A DNA stretch of 64,000 nt from Shigella virus Moo19, in sequence record MZ358387. One strand, 5' to 3'. The notes under the pieces were generated by a model. That model made no database searches. It saw only the letters and a program-made list of their open reading frames with translations, and was not told the origin of the DNA. Position 1 is the first letter of the stretch. Each line of letters starts with the position of its first letter. The position numbers and the translations under genes are program-made. Below are positions 63,032 to 64,000 of this stretch, in pieces.

Positions 63032-64000
63032 TTAAAGCTGGGAGATGCTCCAGTATGCACTACGTGATTTTGTCAGTGGTGGTCTAGTGGTAAGTGGTTC
63101 GGTTGCCCGAATACGAGTACCTGCCGGAACTGCTGTCTGAATAGGATGAGCAATGTCCATCGTAATCGGAGCAGAGATGTTTGTAGCAGGTGTCTGATAA
63201 GGAGCCTTAGTAATATAAGTCTCAAGGTCAGCACCTCCAGCCCCAGCACCCGGAATTGTAATACGAGTACCTGGTGAGAACTGGCAAACGTACAACCATG
63301 CTGAACCCTTAGACGTACCATCTGGAGTCAGATTCTGGGTAATGGTTTTAGTCCCAACAGCAGCAGCTTTAATATCTGCTTCTTCGGTATCCGGGATAAA
63401 CACACCAGGGGAAGTAACTACGAATGGGCTGTTAACGTAAACGTCAGCAGCAACAAACTTAGTCTTATCCCTCATGTTGTCACGACCAGAGAGTGACGTG
63501 TTAGGAACCATCATGGAACGTTGAAGCTCCATAACAAACACCGTATCCCCATAGTTAAACTGACGACCAGTAGGGAAACGAGTACCATTCTGACCGTGGT
63601 CAGCTTCACCAGGGAAGTAGACACGACCAGCAGAACCAACAGGCACACCGTTAGAACCAATGAAGTTAGCGTATGGTACAGACGTAACGTTAGAACCAGT
63701 GATGCTCACCTCAGAGTAACGGCAACGTAACCAGCCCTGACTAATTGCAATACGGTCACCGTGGGTAGCGTTAACGTTAGTCATGTTCAGGACAGAACGT
63801 TGGAACGTAAACCAACCATCACCAGTAAAGCCATCAGCAGAAGAATACTGACCAACACAGTTAAATACCTGAGTCAGTACGTTGGACATGTTCAACTCAG
63901 ATGCTACACCGAACACAGTGAACTTGTAGGCATCAATGTTATCCAGTGTCACACGGTTATTGTGCTCAACCAGATTGCCGTCCAGACCAGCAGATACACC
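63032..64000 (-). CDS. Virion/tail structural protein, C-terminal part (gene continues beyond window edge)
   Basis: Open reading frame continues without stop to position 64000; Gly/Thr/Ser-rich beta-type composition. Confidence 0.4.
   Translation of the reverse strand, partial: GVSAGLDGNLVEHNNRVTLDNIDAYKFTVFGVASELNMSNVLTQVFNCVGQYSSADGFTGDGWFTFQRSVLNMTNVNATHGDRIAISQGWLRCRYSEVSITGSNVTSVPYANFIGSNGVPVGSAGRVYFPGEADHGQNGTRFPTGRQFNYGDTVFVMELQRSMMVPNTSLSGRDNMRDKTKFVAADVYVNSPFVVTSPGVFIPDTEEADIKAAAVGTKTITQNLTPDGTSKGSAWLYVCQFSPGTRITIPGAGAGGADLETYITKAPYQTPATNISAPITMDIAHPIQTAVPAGTRIRATEPLTTRPPLTKSRSAYWSISQL

Noticed and set aside
1-64000. CRISPR arrays, integrase/attachment sites, transposase genes
   Set aside because: No regularly spaced direct repeats with unique spacers and no integrase/transposase-like ORFs were seen; the genome looks strictly lytic.

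Overview
This window reads as most of an N4-like podophage genome (Schitoviridae-type). Positions 1-38835 carry rightward (+ strand) early and middle genes; positions 38871-64000 carry convergently oriented late genes on the - strand. All calls are from reading the sequence and the supplied ORF track by eye; no searches or folding programs were run. Early region: a tandem family of six small paralogous ORFs (264-2210), repeat- and hairpin-rich intergenic regions containing three GC-TCC-GC tri-loop hairpins (candidate virion-RNA-polymerase promoters), many small ORFs, and a two-subunit T7-like RNA polymerase (7489-9854). Middle region: Ig-like decoration protein, several terminator-delimited single-gene units (acidic protein, SPFH lipoprotein, Imm-like membrane protein), two HNH endonucleases, a MoxR AAA+/VWA pair, dCTP deaminase-like, ThyX-like, rIIA/rIIB-like, Dda-like helicase, family A DNA polymerase, Cas4-like exonuclease, putative primase, Sak4-like ATPase, SSB and RuvC-like resolvase. 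A tRNA cluster (37485-37806: Tyr, Asn, Pro, Gln) is followed by a tRNA-Ile-like element whose acceptor stem cannot pair. Late region: a giant ~3480-aa virion RNA polymerase (38871-49310), virion proteins, major capsid, portal, and a lysis cassette (i-spanin with embedded o-spanin, GH108 SAR endolysin, two-TM holin). The most unusual items are the left-end paralog array, the conserved tri-loop hairpins, the terminator-bounded accessory genes and the broken tRNA-Ile-like element.
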